This document shows positions 11,647-24,044 of a DNA stretch of 64,000 nucleotides, piece by piece; the stretch's first letter is position 1; each line of letters opens with the position of its first letter. The position numbers and the translations under genes were made by a program. The notes beneath the pieces were generated by a model. It had not been told where the DNA came from. It saw only the letters and a program-made list of their open reading frames with translations, and did no database searches. Where the stretch lies: positions 15,927,006 to 15,991,005 of the forward strand of contig NC_057749.1 in NCBI RefSeq assembly GCF_004010195.1, given 5' to 3'. The DNA comes from Chiloscyllium plagiosum (lineage: Eukaryota).

Positions 11647-11686
11647 CCAGACGTTTCATTACCTGGCTGGGTAACATCATCAGTGG
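11647..11686 (-). ncRNA. Minimal hammerhead ribozyme motif (family 1, minus copy)
   Basis: cca-CTGATGA-t-gttaccc(agcc)aggtaat-GAAACGTC-tgg on the minus strand. Confidence 0.7.
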
Positions 11687-11933
11687 TGACCTCCAAGTGA
11701 AGCGAAGCTGTTGTCTCCTGCTTTCTATTTATAGGTTTGTCCTTGATGGGGTTCCTGGGGTTTGTGGTGATGTCATTTCCTGTTCGTTTTCTGAGGGGTT
11801 GATAGCTTGAGGTGTTTTTATGTGCGGTTTGTATTGAAGACATTTTGGCAGTACCTGTTTTCTCAAACATTCATCAAGGACAAACCTATAAATAGAAAAC
11901 AGGAGACAACAGCTTCACTTCACTTGGAGGTCG

Positions 11934-11973
11934 CCACTGATGATGTTACCTAGCCAGGTAATGAAACGTCTGG
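11934..11973 (+). ncRNA. Minimal hammerhead ribozyme motif (family 1)
   Basis: cca-CTGATGA-t-gttacct(agcc)aggtaat-GAAACGTC-tgg; predicted cleavage after GUC at 11970. Confidence 0.75.
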
Positions 11974-12326
11974 ATATCAAACCTACAGCTCAGCAAGCAA
12001 ACCTACACCCTCAACCTGAGCTACAGACCTTCACAAACCTTGCAAAAACGTATGGGCGCATCACGCTACAACTTGCCCGAAGATGGGAAAGGAATGCCAT
12101 CCGAAAGAGTTCCACCCACAAACAACTGTACTTCCTGCATGAATGTTTGAGAAAACAGGTACTGCCAAAATGTCTTCAATACAAACCACCGATAAAAACA
12201 CCTCAAGCTATCAACCCTTCAGAAAACGAACAGGAAATGACATCACCACAAATCCCAGGAACCCCATCAAGGACAAACATATAAATAGAAAGCAGGAGAC
12301 AACAGCTTTGCTTCACTTGGAGGTCA

Positions 12327-12366
12327 CCACTGATGATGGTACCTAGCCAGGTAATGAAACATCTGG
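12327..12366 (+). ncRNA. Hammerhead motif (family 1, mutated copy)
   Basis: cca-CTGATGA-t-ggtacct(agcc)aggtaat-GAAACATC-tgg; two substitutions relative to the 11934 copy. Confidence 0.55.
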
Positions 12367-12894
12367 ATATCAAACCTACAGCTCAGCGAGCAAACCTACA
12401 CCCTAAAGTTTCTGGGAGAACATAACTGCAATACTGTGGCCACAAGCGACCCTCAACCAACTCTCTGCCCAGGGTAAATAAATAAACCACTCCCAGGATT
12501 AGACCATGCCCCCCTGCATGGCGTTCTCTGCTATGCTAACAGCCAATTGGAAGCTAAACCCGGGAATGGGTCTGAGATCCGGGCGGGAACTTGCCAGACC
12601 GGGAGCACATTCCCATTTGGAGCTCTGTGCCCCCCTCCGCACTCACCGTCTAATATCCAGAGTCAGTGGGTCAGCAAAAGCAGAGGAGGCTGCTCCTGGC
12701 CTCACCCACTCCCCACAGACTTTCCACTGGGAACCAAACCCGAAGCTGGGATGGAACAATCATTCAAAAGCACCACCCTGCTGAGCTCCCTGTACCCAGC
12801 CGGGGCTGGGGCTCTGGGACCAGGGCTCTGGGACCAGGGCACCTGCCCCTTTGTTTGTGTGAGAGGGTCAGCTCTGCTTTGGGATATCACACGA

Positions 12895-13248
12895 GGTGGC
12901 GATGGCTCAGTGGTATTATCATTAGATGAGTTTCTGAATTAATAGTCTAATGTCTGGGAAACCAGGTTCAAATCCCACCATGACAGATGGTGGAAATTTA
13001 ATTCAATAAAAATCTGAGCTTAGAGTCTAATGATGGCCATGTCCATTGTTAATTGTTGGAAAAGCCCATCTGTTTCACTGATATCTTAAGGGAGGGAAAT
13101 CCACCATCCTTATCTGGTCTGGCCTACATGTGACCCCAGACCCACAGCAATGTGGTTGACTCTTAACTACCCTCTGGGCAATTAGGGATGGGCAATAAAT
13201 GCTGGCCCAGCCAGTGATATCCACATCCCGTGAGTGAATTTAAAAAAA
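12895..13248 (+). mobile_element. tRNA-headed SINE (family B) sharing its 3' tail with LINE family B
   Basis: tggctcagtggt (A box), ggttcaaatccc (B box), tail gggcaattagggatgggcaataaatgctggcc, A-rich end. Confidence 0.75.
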
Positions 13249-13865
13249 CACTTGACATATCAAGAAGAGAGTGATGTCAGTAGAAACTCCCAGTCTGGCT
13301 GCATTCAAACATACACAGACACACACACACACACAGCTGGTACAAAGTGATGGACTCACTCTGACACTGTAAATACTGAGGTGCTCGCTTAGTGATTGAG
13401 GCTTCATTGAGACTCCGCTCAGATTTTCAACTCGTTCCACCTTTTAATATTAGGTTCTGTCAGACTTAGAGGAACGTGGGCTTGCTGTAACAATTCAAAC
13501 CTACAATCAGGAATCTATCGAAACCCTATCATTACTGCACATTACTCATTACTGGGAAATGGCACAGTGATCAGTGACAGCCCGGTGTTAGAGTCAAGCA
13601 GCAGCTGTGGAGATACAAGGTGCCCAGTGCTGGCACCAGGAAACCAGACACTCACCCTCATGGCACTCTGTGGGAGCTCCCACCTCCTCCCAGACACCCC
13701 CACATCTCACCGACCCTTTACAGAATACAGGATTTGTATTTACTGGCTCCAACTCCCCCACCCTCCTACTACCCCTAAATCTCTTTATACAGACAGGGGA
13801 GGGGGCTAAAACAGGTGGGAATATTGCCTTATATGGGGACCCAATGGTCAGAGTGGGTGAAAGTG

Positions 13866-13880
13866 GGAGAGAGAGAGAGA

Positions 13881-13934
<54 letters not shown>

Positions 13935-13936
13935 GA

Positions 13937-13973
<37 letters not shown>

Positions 13974-13995
13974 GGGGAAGAGAGAGAGAGAGAGA
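13866..13995. repeat. (GA)n microsatellite
   Basis: Directly visible. Confidence 0.95.
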
Positions 13996-14309
13996 GTGGG
14001 TAGAGATATCATACTGGGCCAACGGGTCAGGAATTATAAAAACAGTTAGAAGCAGAATCTCACGGTTTTGGCATTTTATATTCCTGGTCGATCACACCCA
14101 ATTCCCAGAGGTGACCTGAGCACGCAATCACCTACAATATTCTGCATGTGCCAAGCGACAAATCATCAACAAAGATATAAGTCACTTAGAAAAAACCAGG
14201 GTTATTAACAATTAATGACATCCCTCTTGGCACTTGAACCAATGAATGGAATGGGCACTCGGAGCAGTCAATTTTACTGCAGTACTTAATTAACCAAGTC
14301 TCAACCTCT

Positions 14310-14490
14310 TATGAGTGTGTAGGCGTGTGTATGCCTGTGCATGTGTTCGTGTGCATGTGTGTGTGGAGGGAAGAGAGAGAGAGAGAGAGAGGGGAGAGAG
14401 AGCAAGGGGAGAGATAGAGGGAGGGGGCGAGAGAGAGAGACAGACAGAGAGAGAGCAAGGGGAGAGAGAGGGGGAGAGAGAGCAAGAGAA
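14310..14490. repeat. Compound (TG)n/(GA)n low-complexity tract
   Basis: Directly visible. Confidence 0.9.
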
Positions 14491-14639
14491 AGTAAACTAG
14501 TGGCATTCCGGTTTTACCATGGAATCAGGGGTTCTTGGTGTTTACTCCAGTAAAAGTATCTCATTTGTAATTCTCCAATTGAGCAAAGATAAGAATATGG
14601 TTACCAGTGTCCAGAAATTGAACTGGACTCCCCACATAA

Positions 14640-15200
14640 AACAGCAGCTACTACAGCAGATCAGAGTCTAGAACTCCTCAAAGCCTGTCCACCACCAACA
14701 AGGCACAAGTCAGGAGTGTGATGGAATACTCCCCACCTACCTGGATGTGTGCAGCTCCAACAACACTCAAGAATTTTCTCACTGTCGAGGACAAAGCAGC
14801 CCTCTTAATTAGAACCATGTCCACAAGTATCTGCTCCCTTCACCATTGACACTCAGTAGCAGCAGTGTGTACCATCTACAAGACTCACTTCAGAAATTCA
14901 CCAAGTTTGCTTAGGCAGCACCTTCCAAACACATGACCACTTCGATCTAGGAGGACAAGGGCAGCAGGTACATGGGAAAACCAACCCCTAGAGGTTCTAC
15001 TCCAATACACTCATCATCCTGACTTGGAAGTAGATCGTTGTTTCTTTAGTGTCGTTGGGTCAAGATCCTGGAACTCCCTCCCTAATGGCATTGTGGGTGT
15101 TCCTAATCCCCATGGACTGAAACATGGCAGCTCAATACCCTATTGACAAACAGGGATGGACAATACAAACTGGCCCAACCAGTGATGCCTGTATTCCTGC
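14640..15200 (+). mobile_element. CR1/L2-group LINE (family B) 3' fragment
   Basis: KAQVRSVMEYSPPTWMCAAPTTLK...DKAALLI (post-RT region), followed by a SINE-B-like tail. Confidence 0.75.
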
Positions 15201-18200
15201 ATTACAATAAGTACTAGCCTTTCAAAAATAACTACCAGTCTGTAAAATGCTTTGGGGCACTTAGAGATTATGTAAGACACTACAATAATGCAACTTATTG
15301 TTGAAAGCTCAGGCCAGACTCTGCATTTCCAACATTTTATGCTTTGAATTTTCCTTACAAAGGGGCCTAATTTAAACAAAAAGATAACCTACTTTATTCT
15401 TCAAATGGTTAACCAGGATTCAAACAACTTGAAATTTATTTTTGGCTTGACATACTCTTGGTGAACCAGCCAGAAGATCCAGAATTCAAAAATAATTTAA
15501 ATCAATTATTCAATAATTACTGCAAATTAAGTGAGATTGGGACCATTTCTGCAGCTCTACTCTTGGAACCATTATCACTTGCACACTCCTGGGGAAGAGA
15601 AATTACATTTAGTGCAGTTTAAACACCATCCTTTGAAACACACTGTCTTGGCAACATTCTGACGGCTAATCGTGGAGGCTGTTTCAACAGAATAAAGCCT
15701 GAGGATAATTAGAGTGTGCTCAACAAACACTTCCAAGCACCAAACTGGTTGGCATTAACTGGACAATTGAATAATGCAAAAACACCCTTCTTCCTTTCCA
15801 TAGTCTCTTCTATTATTTCAAGTTAACTCACAATGCATTAAAGCTGATTAACTAGATTAATTAGTGACCCCCAAGATTCACTGGAACTGAAACGTTAATT
15901 GATTTCTCTCCACAGTTGCTGCCAGACCTGCTGAGCTTCGTCCAGCAATTTCTGTTTTTGTTTCAGATTTCCAACCTTCACAGTTCTTTCAGCTTTTTAC
16001 TTTTGATTGAAGTCATTGTTGCAACCAATTTGCATACATCAAGCTCCCACAAACTGTAATGAGAAACCTGATCAATTGATCTCTTTTTAAAAGCATTGGT
16101 GAACGGGAGAAAACAATGTTGGCCAGGTTTCAGGGAGGATCTGCTCTCAGCACAGTTGTTGGGTTTACTCAGTCTTTGCCCAAACGCCAGCATGAACTTG
16201 TGCAGAAGGAGACCATCTCCTGTGCACAATCAGGTAGGGGGTCACTCTCGCCACTTGGTTTTCCTGTTCTCTTACTCAGGAATGCTGAGAACTGTGGGTC
16301 GCTAACTCTGTGCAGAACAAGCAGGAGTCAGTGAGGACTCCTTACCAGAGCTGTTCATTGGATAAACCTCATGTCTCCAGGAATGTCCAAACCTGGGTTT
16401 TAAAAGAATGAAATATTGTGTGAGGGTTGGAGCAAGACGAGATCCATTCAGTTGAGAAAGTGTGAATCAGAGATGATTGATTTTGACATATAAAGAATGA
16501 TTGTGAACCTATGCTTGAATTTGCTGGGAGGTTCTCTCTTCGGTTGGTTTCTGTTGTTGGGGGGAGCTTGGGAGAGTTCAGTTAATTCGAAGCCAAGGGT
16601 CCTGAAATGGTGAAATCTTCCTGGATTAGAAAACAAAAAAGCAACAGCTTCAATATTGTCCTGAAATGCCAGGGAGTTGATATTTACTGCATGACAGCAC
16701 TGCTGTGTTTTCAGCTAAACTGTAATACTGCAATGATTTTACTCCACTCTGGCTTATTGCAGTGCACAGGAAATTAATCTTGAATTCCTGGAGACTCCAA
16801 GGCAACTCTGTAGAGTTGGCAACTCTAATTGTCAGTAAAAGTGTTGCAATCTTTGTATAGTTAGATGTAAAAGTCATCATATTGGCAAAGGAAAGGCGTG
16901 TTGTCAATTTTTCTGGCTGGTATGGCCTTTTGTTTTGCCTCGATGAAAGTTAACCTGAAATGTTAACTCGATTTCTCTACCCACAGTTTCTGTCTGACAA
17001 AGTGGCGGGAATAGAGGGCATTCAGCCCAGAGTCTGCCCTGTTTTTCAATGAGGTAATGGCTGATCCATACCTTAATTCCAACCTCATCTAGATTCCAAA
17101 ACATTGGAATCCTCAACTAATCAAACCATCAATCTCAGTTATGAAATGTTAATTAAATTGCCCAGCCTGTACAGGTTTACATGGGGACAGAGTCCCAGAC
17201 TACTACTTCTGGACTAGCCCTAATTCTAGTTATTAGTCTTTGTTCTGGCTTTGCAGCCAGAAGAAATAGTTTCTCTCTTATCTACCTTAGAAAATCCTTA
17301 ACTCACCCTTGATCTCCTGTTCTGACCTGGAGCGTTTTTTGCTGCTTTTTATTCAGCATTTGATTCATTGGCCTCAGGACAATACTTCACAATATCAAAA
17401 AACATTCAGAGGTCAAACAATTCAGATCATGATGACAAATTTTAAAAGGAATACCCCAAGTGTTAGCCTCCTGTCCCACCTAGAAACAAGGAGCCTTCGC
17501 ACTTTGCAGGATTCAGTGACTCGACAGTAGAATTAGCAAGATGAGGAAACGGAGTTATTCTTTGGCATTATTTACAGGAGCTGAACTAAACTGATGAAAA
17601 ACACAAATCCTTTCTTGCCGAAGACTGTGCAACATAAAAATAGATTCACAATCTTAATGGATGTGTTTGCGTAGGTAACAATTTATGAGATTGCACCTAA
17701 CTCACTTAACAGCAAGGAAGTAGCATTTTTAAAGAATGAACACAGCTAATTATATATCTCTACTACCATATTATATCTGACGATCTTTGACATTATAAAT
17801 TGGCAAAGCTATTCTGATTACTTAGAATATTAAGCATAATCTGTCTGAGCAAAGGGTTCAGAATGAGTTAATGATGCAAGCTTCCTGGCAGAAAGAAGTT
17901 TCCATTTAGCATTCATTGATTAAATATTTCTCACAGTTTTAATGCATTTGATCCTTGGATCTTGTTAATGATGCACAAAAAGTATTTGTATAAATGACAA
18001 AAGAGATAAAGAGGGAGACAGCAGAAACAAAGAAAGGGAAGGAGACAGACACACATTCATACTGTAGACAAACACATGCCACAGAAATTGAATCAAGGAC
18101 AACGGGTTTACAGGGAAAGCTATTTGCAACACCTAACTTGACCTTGAATTAAATCTCATATATTCTCAGTGTGACTGTTAGGATTCAGACACTCGTGTTT

Positions 18201-18659
18201 CTCTAAGGCACCAAGATGATGAGTGCACATCAGCTTCAGCTGGTTCAATTGCTGCCTGATTTGTTTGCATCTGGAAGGAAAACGAAAACACTTGGCTCAG
18301 GAGAGCAAGTGTCAGGAGGAGAGTGGCAGCTTATTTACCTGATGTAGAGACAGACAGCAGGGAGGGCACTGTTCAGTCTGAGCTGTCTCACACTGTGACT
18401 CTGCATTTCTATTTCTGGTGATCTTCTGCCACTTTAACTGAACCTGGCAATTTTTCTGCTTAGAAGTTGCCCCAGTCATGGGCTGCTTTGACAAAAGCAA
18501 TTCTGCATGAACAGCAGAGGCAGTTTTTAAACCATTAATAAAATTACTAAATTATTTGAAAAGTCAAGAATCCTCTAAGCTGTGTATAGCCATACAACCA
18601 CAGAAGCTGTGATCAGTTAAATGAAGAATCTTATAGCCACACAGTATTTGGGGATCCCA

Positions 18660-19170
18660 GGTATTTAAATCAATAACATATAATGAATAGGCAGATAAAG
18701 TAATGAAAATGGTTAGTTCTAGAATACAAGGGGATAGAGAAGCCATGCTTCAACGAAATAAAGCCTTGTCTAGACTACTCCTGGAATACCACCAGCAATT
18801 CTGGGTACTGCAATTTATAAACAATACATGAGCCTTGAAGGAAAGAATAAATTCCTTAAATGTAGCACAGATTTATCAGAATGATCCCAAGAATTAAATT
18901 ACAAGGAGAAGATGCACACAAAAGGATTGTGTTCCCTGTGATTTAGAAGGTTAAGATCTCATTTGATCAAATTTTAAGATTGCAAGGAGAATAAATAGAG
19001 TGAGAGACAGAGGGAGAAATCATTTCTGCTGTTTGGAGAATCGTAGCTCAAAACAAAAATCCTTCAGGAGGGAAATCGGGAAAATCTTCTGTATCCAAAA
19101 GCTGACAGCAGTGGAACGTTCTTCCACATAAGGCAACTGATGCCAGATTAATTGCAACTTTCAAATCTGA
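18660..19170 (+). mobile_element. Old CR1 LINE fragment
   Basis: Degenerate KALSRLLLEY...FW and RRLR-DLI type motifs. Confidence 0.55.
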
Positions 19171-19250
19171 GATTGATATAGCTTTGTTATCCGAAGGTGC
19201 TTAAGGACATGGGGCATAGATGGGTATATGGAGGTAGATTGTAGATTACT

Positions 19251-19541
19251 GGGTGGCACAGTGGTTAGCACTGCTGCCTCACAGTGCCAGGGACCTGGGT
19301 TCAATTCCCGCCTCGGGCGACTGCCTGTGTGGAGTTTGCACATTCTCCCTGTGTCTGCGTGGGTTTCCTCTGGGTGCTCCGGTTTCCTCCCACAGTCCAA
19401 AGATGTGCAGGTCAGGTGAATTGGCTATGCTAAATTGCTCATAGTGATAGGTGCATTAGTAGGGAGTAGGAGAATCGGTCTGGGTGGGTCACCCTTTGGA
19501 GGATCGGTGTGAACTTAATGGGCTGAATGGCGTGTTTCCGC
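19251..19541 (+). mobile_element. HE1 SINE
   Basis: A/B boxes and V core as at 23725. Confidence 0.9.
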
Positions 19542-20357
19542 AGTTAACCATGATCTCATTGACTGGTAAAACAGGTTAGAGGGAGTAAGGGGTGTATACT
19601 TGCTCCAGTTTGTAACTATCATTTAACTTTCTAAATTATGTCTAAACTTTTCCTATTATAAATCTCCATAATTTATGAGAAGTTTTGCCTGTGTAAACTT
19701 TTAGCCTAACAAGTGAACCTTGTGTCTGCTGCACTTTCTGATTACACAGAAATGTCTAATGGAGTTCTCATTTATAACAGGGACAGTCTATAACTACTTG
19801 TTATGATTGTCAGTTCTATTGAGGATATGCTGTAGTGTCTTTAGTGATGAGAGGGAGAAATTTGAAGGGCTTCGGGGGGAAAATACAGGAGAATGGGATC
19901 GATTGGATGAAAGAGTTTGCAGAGTTATGGTGACTCAGACTCTGTGCTGCAAAATTCTCAATTTTATTTATTTTAAATGCTGATATCTTTCTCGCTACAA
20001 AAACATTAATTCCCAAATTGTATTTTTACATTAATTTGAGTGATGTAAATAACAGAGGCAGGAATTTGGTCCAAAAAAGTTAAATCAGATTGTTTGAATT
20101 ACAGAATTGATAATAATTAACTGAATTGTTTTAGCACTATAATTATTTATTCAATAATGGATTTAGAAATTTATTTTGTATAAACATTTGAGATAGATTT
20201 GAAACATTGACTTCAGAAACTAGCCATTGGCTGCAACTGGTGTGACAGATTTAAAGCAGAAAATGTTGACGTAGCATTTTACAATGAAATCATCGACAGA
20301 AAACTATGTCCAACAAATTGTGACAACAGGAAGTAACTATTGTAGGACAAATGGACA

Positions 20358-20710
20358 GGGCGGCAGTGGTTAGCTCTGCTGCCTCACAGCACCAGGGGCC
20401 TGGGTTTGATTTCAGCCTCAGGTGATTATCTGTGTGGAGTTTGCACATTCGCCCCACGTCTGCGTGGGTCTCCTCTGGGTAATTCGATTTCTTCTCACAA
20501 TCTATAGATGTGCAAATTAGGTGGATTAGCCATGGGAAATTGCTCATAGTCTTCAGGGATGTGCAGGCTAGGTGGGTTAGCCATGGGAAATGTGGGAGTT
20601 AGGGTGACAGGGTCAGGGTTGGGGCTGGGTGGGATGCTCTTTGGAGGGTCGATGTGGACTCGGTGGGCTGAATGGCCTGCTTCCACACTCTAGGGATTCT
20701 ACGATCTATG
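20358..20710 (+). mobile_element. HE1 SINE (older, with internal duplication)
   Basis: V core present; the gatgtgca...gccatgggaaat block occurs twice. Confidence 0.85.
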
Positions 20711-22856
20711 AAGTAATGCATGCTTAACCTCCCGTGGGAGGTAAAATGATTGACAGATTGAAGTTTTGACAGGAAGGGTCATAGTACTTGCTGCTGTTAG
20801 ATTGGTTCTGGAAGCTATAGATCTTGCATTCATTAACTCGCAGCATTCCTCAGACTGTAACAGGGAGGCTCTTATACATGTACCACACACCAAGTACTTG
20901 GTTGCATTTGTAAGCTTTATTAATGAAATAATTTAAAAACCACATGATGGGAACTACTTCACTAAGTTAATACATCATGATTCCACGAACATTACACATC
21001 CTTCCCCCTGCAGCTCAAATCATAGATAAGATAGAAAGCCTTTTATGGTCTTTTTCTCAGAAGAAACTAACTGCATTCACCAGTGTAAGCTGAAAAGGAT
21101 TGCAACAATTTCTCCTGTAGAAAATAAATTACAAGCATGAGACTAAGACAGATTATTGAGGTGGTGATTTCCCAGCAACAAGCCCACAGTTGAGAATGTC
21201 GGTAGGACGACAAAAGAAACAGAATGGTTCATCATACCCTCTACCCTCTCCAAAGCTGCAGACAGAAGCTCAAGTTCAGACGTCTATTGTGCTGTCCATA
21301 AAATCAGTTTGATAATAGTAGCAAACCCCTATAGCTCACTGCAGTCACATGCAAAGTTTTTTTGGAAAAAAAAGATTTTGGAAATTTGTTTCAGATGAAA
21401 ACAAGTTCCAAATAACTCACTTTGGAACATATCAGATTGCTTGTGTGTAGTATCAACAAGGGGAGGCGAGGTTGTGGGGGGGGGGGGGGGTTCCAGAGCT
21501 GAATGCAGAAGTTTGCTTAACCTTCTGTAGGGCTGTTGCTGTGATATGCTTTGTTCGCATTCAGCTGCCAACTGCAATTATTCACAAGCTCCCAACAATA
21601 CATCGAGATATCATTCAAGCAACACGAGCAGGCTCACTTCAAATAACAGTTAATCAAAAACAGATGAGACAGTCACTGAATATACATCTCAATGGCTGCC
21701 ATCACTTGACTTGCTTCATTGTTCATCATTTTATGAGACATTCCCTTGCTTTATCATTTGCTTTCAACAATGAACTTAAAATTGATAAATGTACGTAATT
21801 GAATCAAAGTAAAATATATTGTTCTGGAATTTTCCTTAAGAAATTGTACAGAAAGTGCAAATAAATTTCCGCTCAGTATCAGTAAAAAGTGCAACTTCTG
21901 CACAAATGATAAATGGAACTCACTGGCAGTATGTGGTCAAACTGGTTTCAGGAAAGGAATTTCACATTTTCTTACTTGATTTGCAGCAGGTCGAACTGTG
22001 AGGATAAGGATTGTAAAAAGGCCATGCTATTGCAGAGGATTAAATACCACAGCAAACAGAAACTGGAGGAAGGAATGAGAATGTGTGGTGTGGAGGTGCT
22101 AGGCTAGGATTGAGATTGGCCAAAACAGATGGGCTGCAGGGACTAATAGATGGCTCGTTCTTTTTTTTAAATCATACAGATGCCCCCTGTCACTCCCCTC
22201 TCCTCATGCATGCCCCGGTGATTGCCCAACTCCAAAAACACCCATGCACTCCTGGTCACCTTTCTGTGCTCTACCCAACAGAATCCTAAGATCATCCAAG
22301 ATTCTGGTACCCATATCCCAACTTATATCATCTCATTCATTTTGATACTTCACATTTGACAGTATACCTTGGCTCCCAGTTGAACTACACCTTGATTCCG
22401 AATCCTCTTTGTTTTCTTACTTCTCCATGACCTTGCCCAATCTTTATCTTCATAACTCCATCCAGCCCTGAAACTTTGTAAAGTATCTACCCTCATCCAA
22501 TTCTACCCTCTGGAGCATCCCAGATTTGAATCACTCCACCATTGAGAACCATACCTTCAGTTGCCTGGGCCTAAAGCTCTGGGATACTCTCTCTAATCCT
22601 TTGGGCACCAATTCACCCTTTAAGATACTCTTTAAAACCAAAGTCATTTGAATAATCTGCCCTAAATTCCTCTTATGTGGGTCAGTGACAAATGTTGCCT
22701 GATAACTATACTGTGAAGAATTTGGAGTGTTTTACTACATTATATAAATGCAGGTTCTGGAATGAGAGGATAATTAATCTTTCTACATTTGGATTTTCTT
22801 TAAACAGAATTAAAATCAAGAAGCGAGTCTTCACACATACAGCAGTGAAACCTGTA

Positions 22857-23078
22857 CAGGTAGTTCTTCTATAACATGATAGTTGCATTCTTGTGTGACC
22901 CTGCATTATATTAAAAAACAATCGCACTTTAGAAACAGCACTTAAAGTGTTGGCGATGTCATTGCGTTACAGCCAACACACGTTTTAAAAGTTTGCACTT
23001 TAAAAAGTGTCCCTAATTCAACAACTGCACTACAGCAAACTTGCATTAACAAAATGCACGTTATAGTAGAACGACCTG
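22857..23078. mobile_element. Tc1/mariner(pogo/Tigger)-type MITE, 222 bp
   Basis: TA|caggtagttcttctataacatg ... cacgttatagtagaacgacctg|TA: 22-bp TIRs with 3 mismatches and TA flanks. Confidence 0.85.
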
Positions 23079-23184
23079 TATCTCACCTCATAGAAGTGTT
23101 GTATCTAGAGGACAGGTTGACACTTCAAAGCGAAGATGGATAGATTTTGGCAGACAAAAGTTGTAAAGGTCCACATAATAAGCC

Positions 23185-23712
23185 CTGCTGTGGTAATGCT
23201 GGATCAATTGTACATACTGGAAGCATGCCAGTCCATCGTCCACAAGGTACAAATTGGGAAACCTCCATTCATGTCTGGATGAGCGCAGCTGCAACAGTAT
23301 TCAAGGAGCTCAACAACATCAGCATCCCATTCACCACCTTAAACATTCCCACTCTGCATCACCCTGGCTTCAGGGATCATCATCTGGATGATGTATTGTC
23401 ACCACTCACAAAGGTTGTTTTGACAACACCTTTCAAATCCACTGCCTCTACAACCAAGATTACAGGCAGGTGTACAGTAACATCATTGCCTGCAAGTTAC
23501 CCTCCAAGACACAAACTATCCTGACTTGGAGCTATCTCACCACTGGTCTACTGTCATTAAGTCAAAAATCTGAACACTGTCCCTGACAGTACTGTGGGTG
23601 TCCCTTCACCACAAGGACTGCAGCAGCTTAAGAAGGCAGCTCACCACCAACAGCTTTTTCAAAGCAATTAGGGACAGGCAAAAATTAGCCAGCTACTGTC
23701 ACAACCCAAGAA
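23185..23712 (+). mobile_element. LINE family B 3' fragment
   Basis: Homologous to 14640-15200. Confidence 0.7.
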
Positions 23713-23724
23713 CAAAGGAACAAA

Positions 23725-24044
23725 GGGCGGCACGGTGGCACAGTGGTTAGCACTGCTGCCTCACAGCACCAGAGACCTGGGTTCAATTCCCGCCTCAGGC
23801 GACTGATTGTGTGGAGTTTGCACATTCTCCCAGTGTCTGCTTGGGTTTCCTCCGGGTGCTCTGGTTTCCTCCCACAGTCCAAAGATGTGCAGGTCAGGTG
23901 AATTGGCCATGCTAAATTGCCCGTAGTGTTAGTTGCAGGGGTATATGTAGGGGTCTGGGTGGGTAAGCTTCGGCGGGTCGGTGCGGACTTGTTGGGCCGG
24001 AGGGCCTGTTTCCACACTAAGTAATCTAATCTAATCTAATCTAA
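23725..24044 (+). mobile_element. HE1 SINE, full length, young
   Basis: gggcggcacggtggcacagtggttagcactgctgcctcacag...; (taatc)n tail. Confidence 0.95.

Larger units (their letters stand above)
11581..12406. mobile_element. Non-autonomous Penelope-like element (family 1): one inverted plus tandem pseudo-LTRs, RT/EN deleted
   Basis: 11581-11872 is largely the reverse complement of 12140-12406, and the direct-repeat period is 393 bp. ORF N-terminus ...QLYFLHECLRKQVLPKCLQYK. TSD agtttct(a/g)ggag at 11569-11580 and 12407-12418. Confidence 0.85.

Noticed and set aside
13594..14553. ER/SL-rich ORFs
   Set aside because: They are translations of (GA)n microsatellites.
23725..23800. tRNA-like sequence with A and B boxes (also at other HE1 heads)
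   Set aside because: It is the 5' head of HE1 SINEs, not a tRNA gene.
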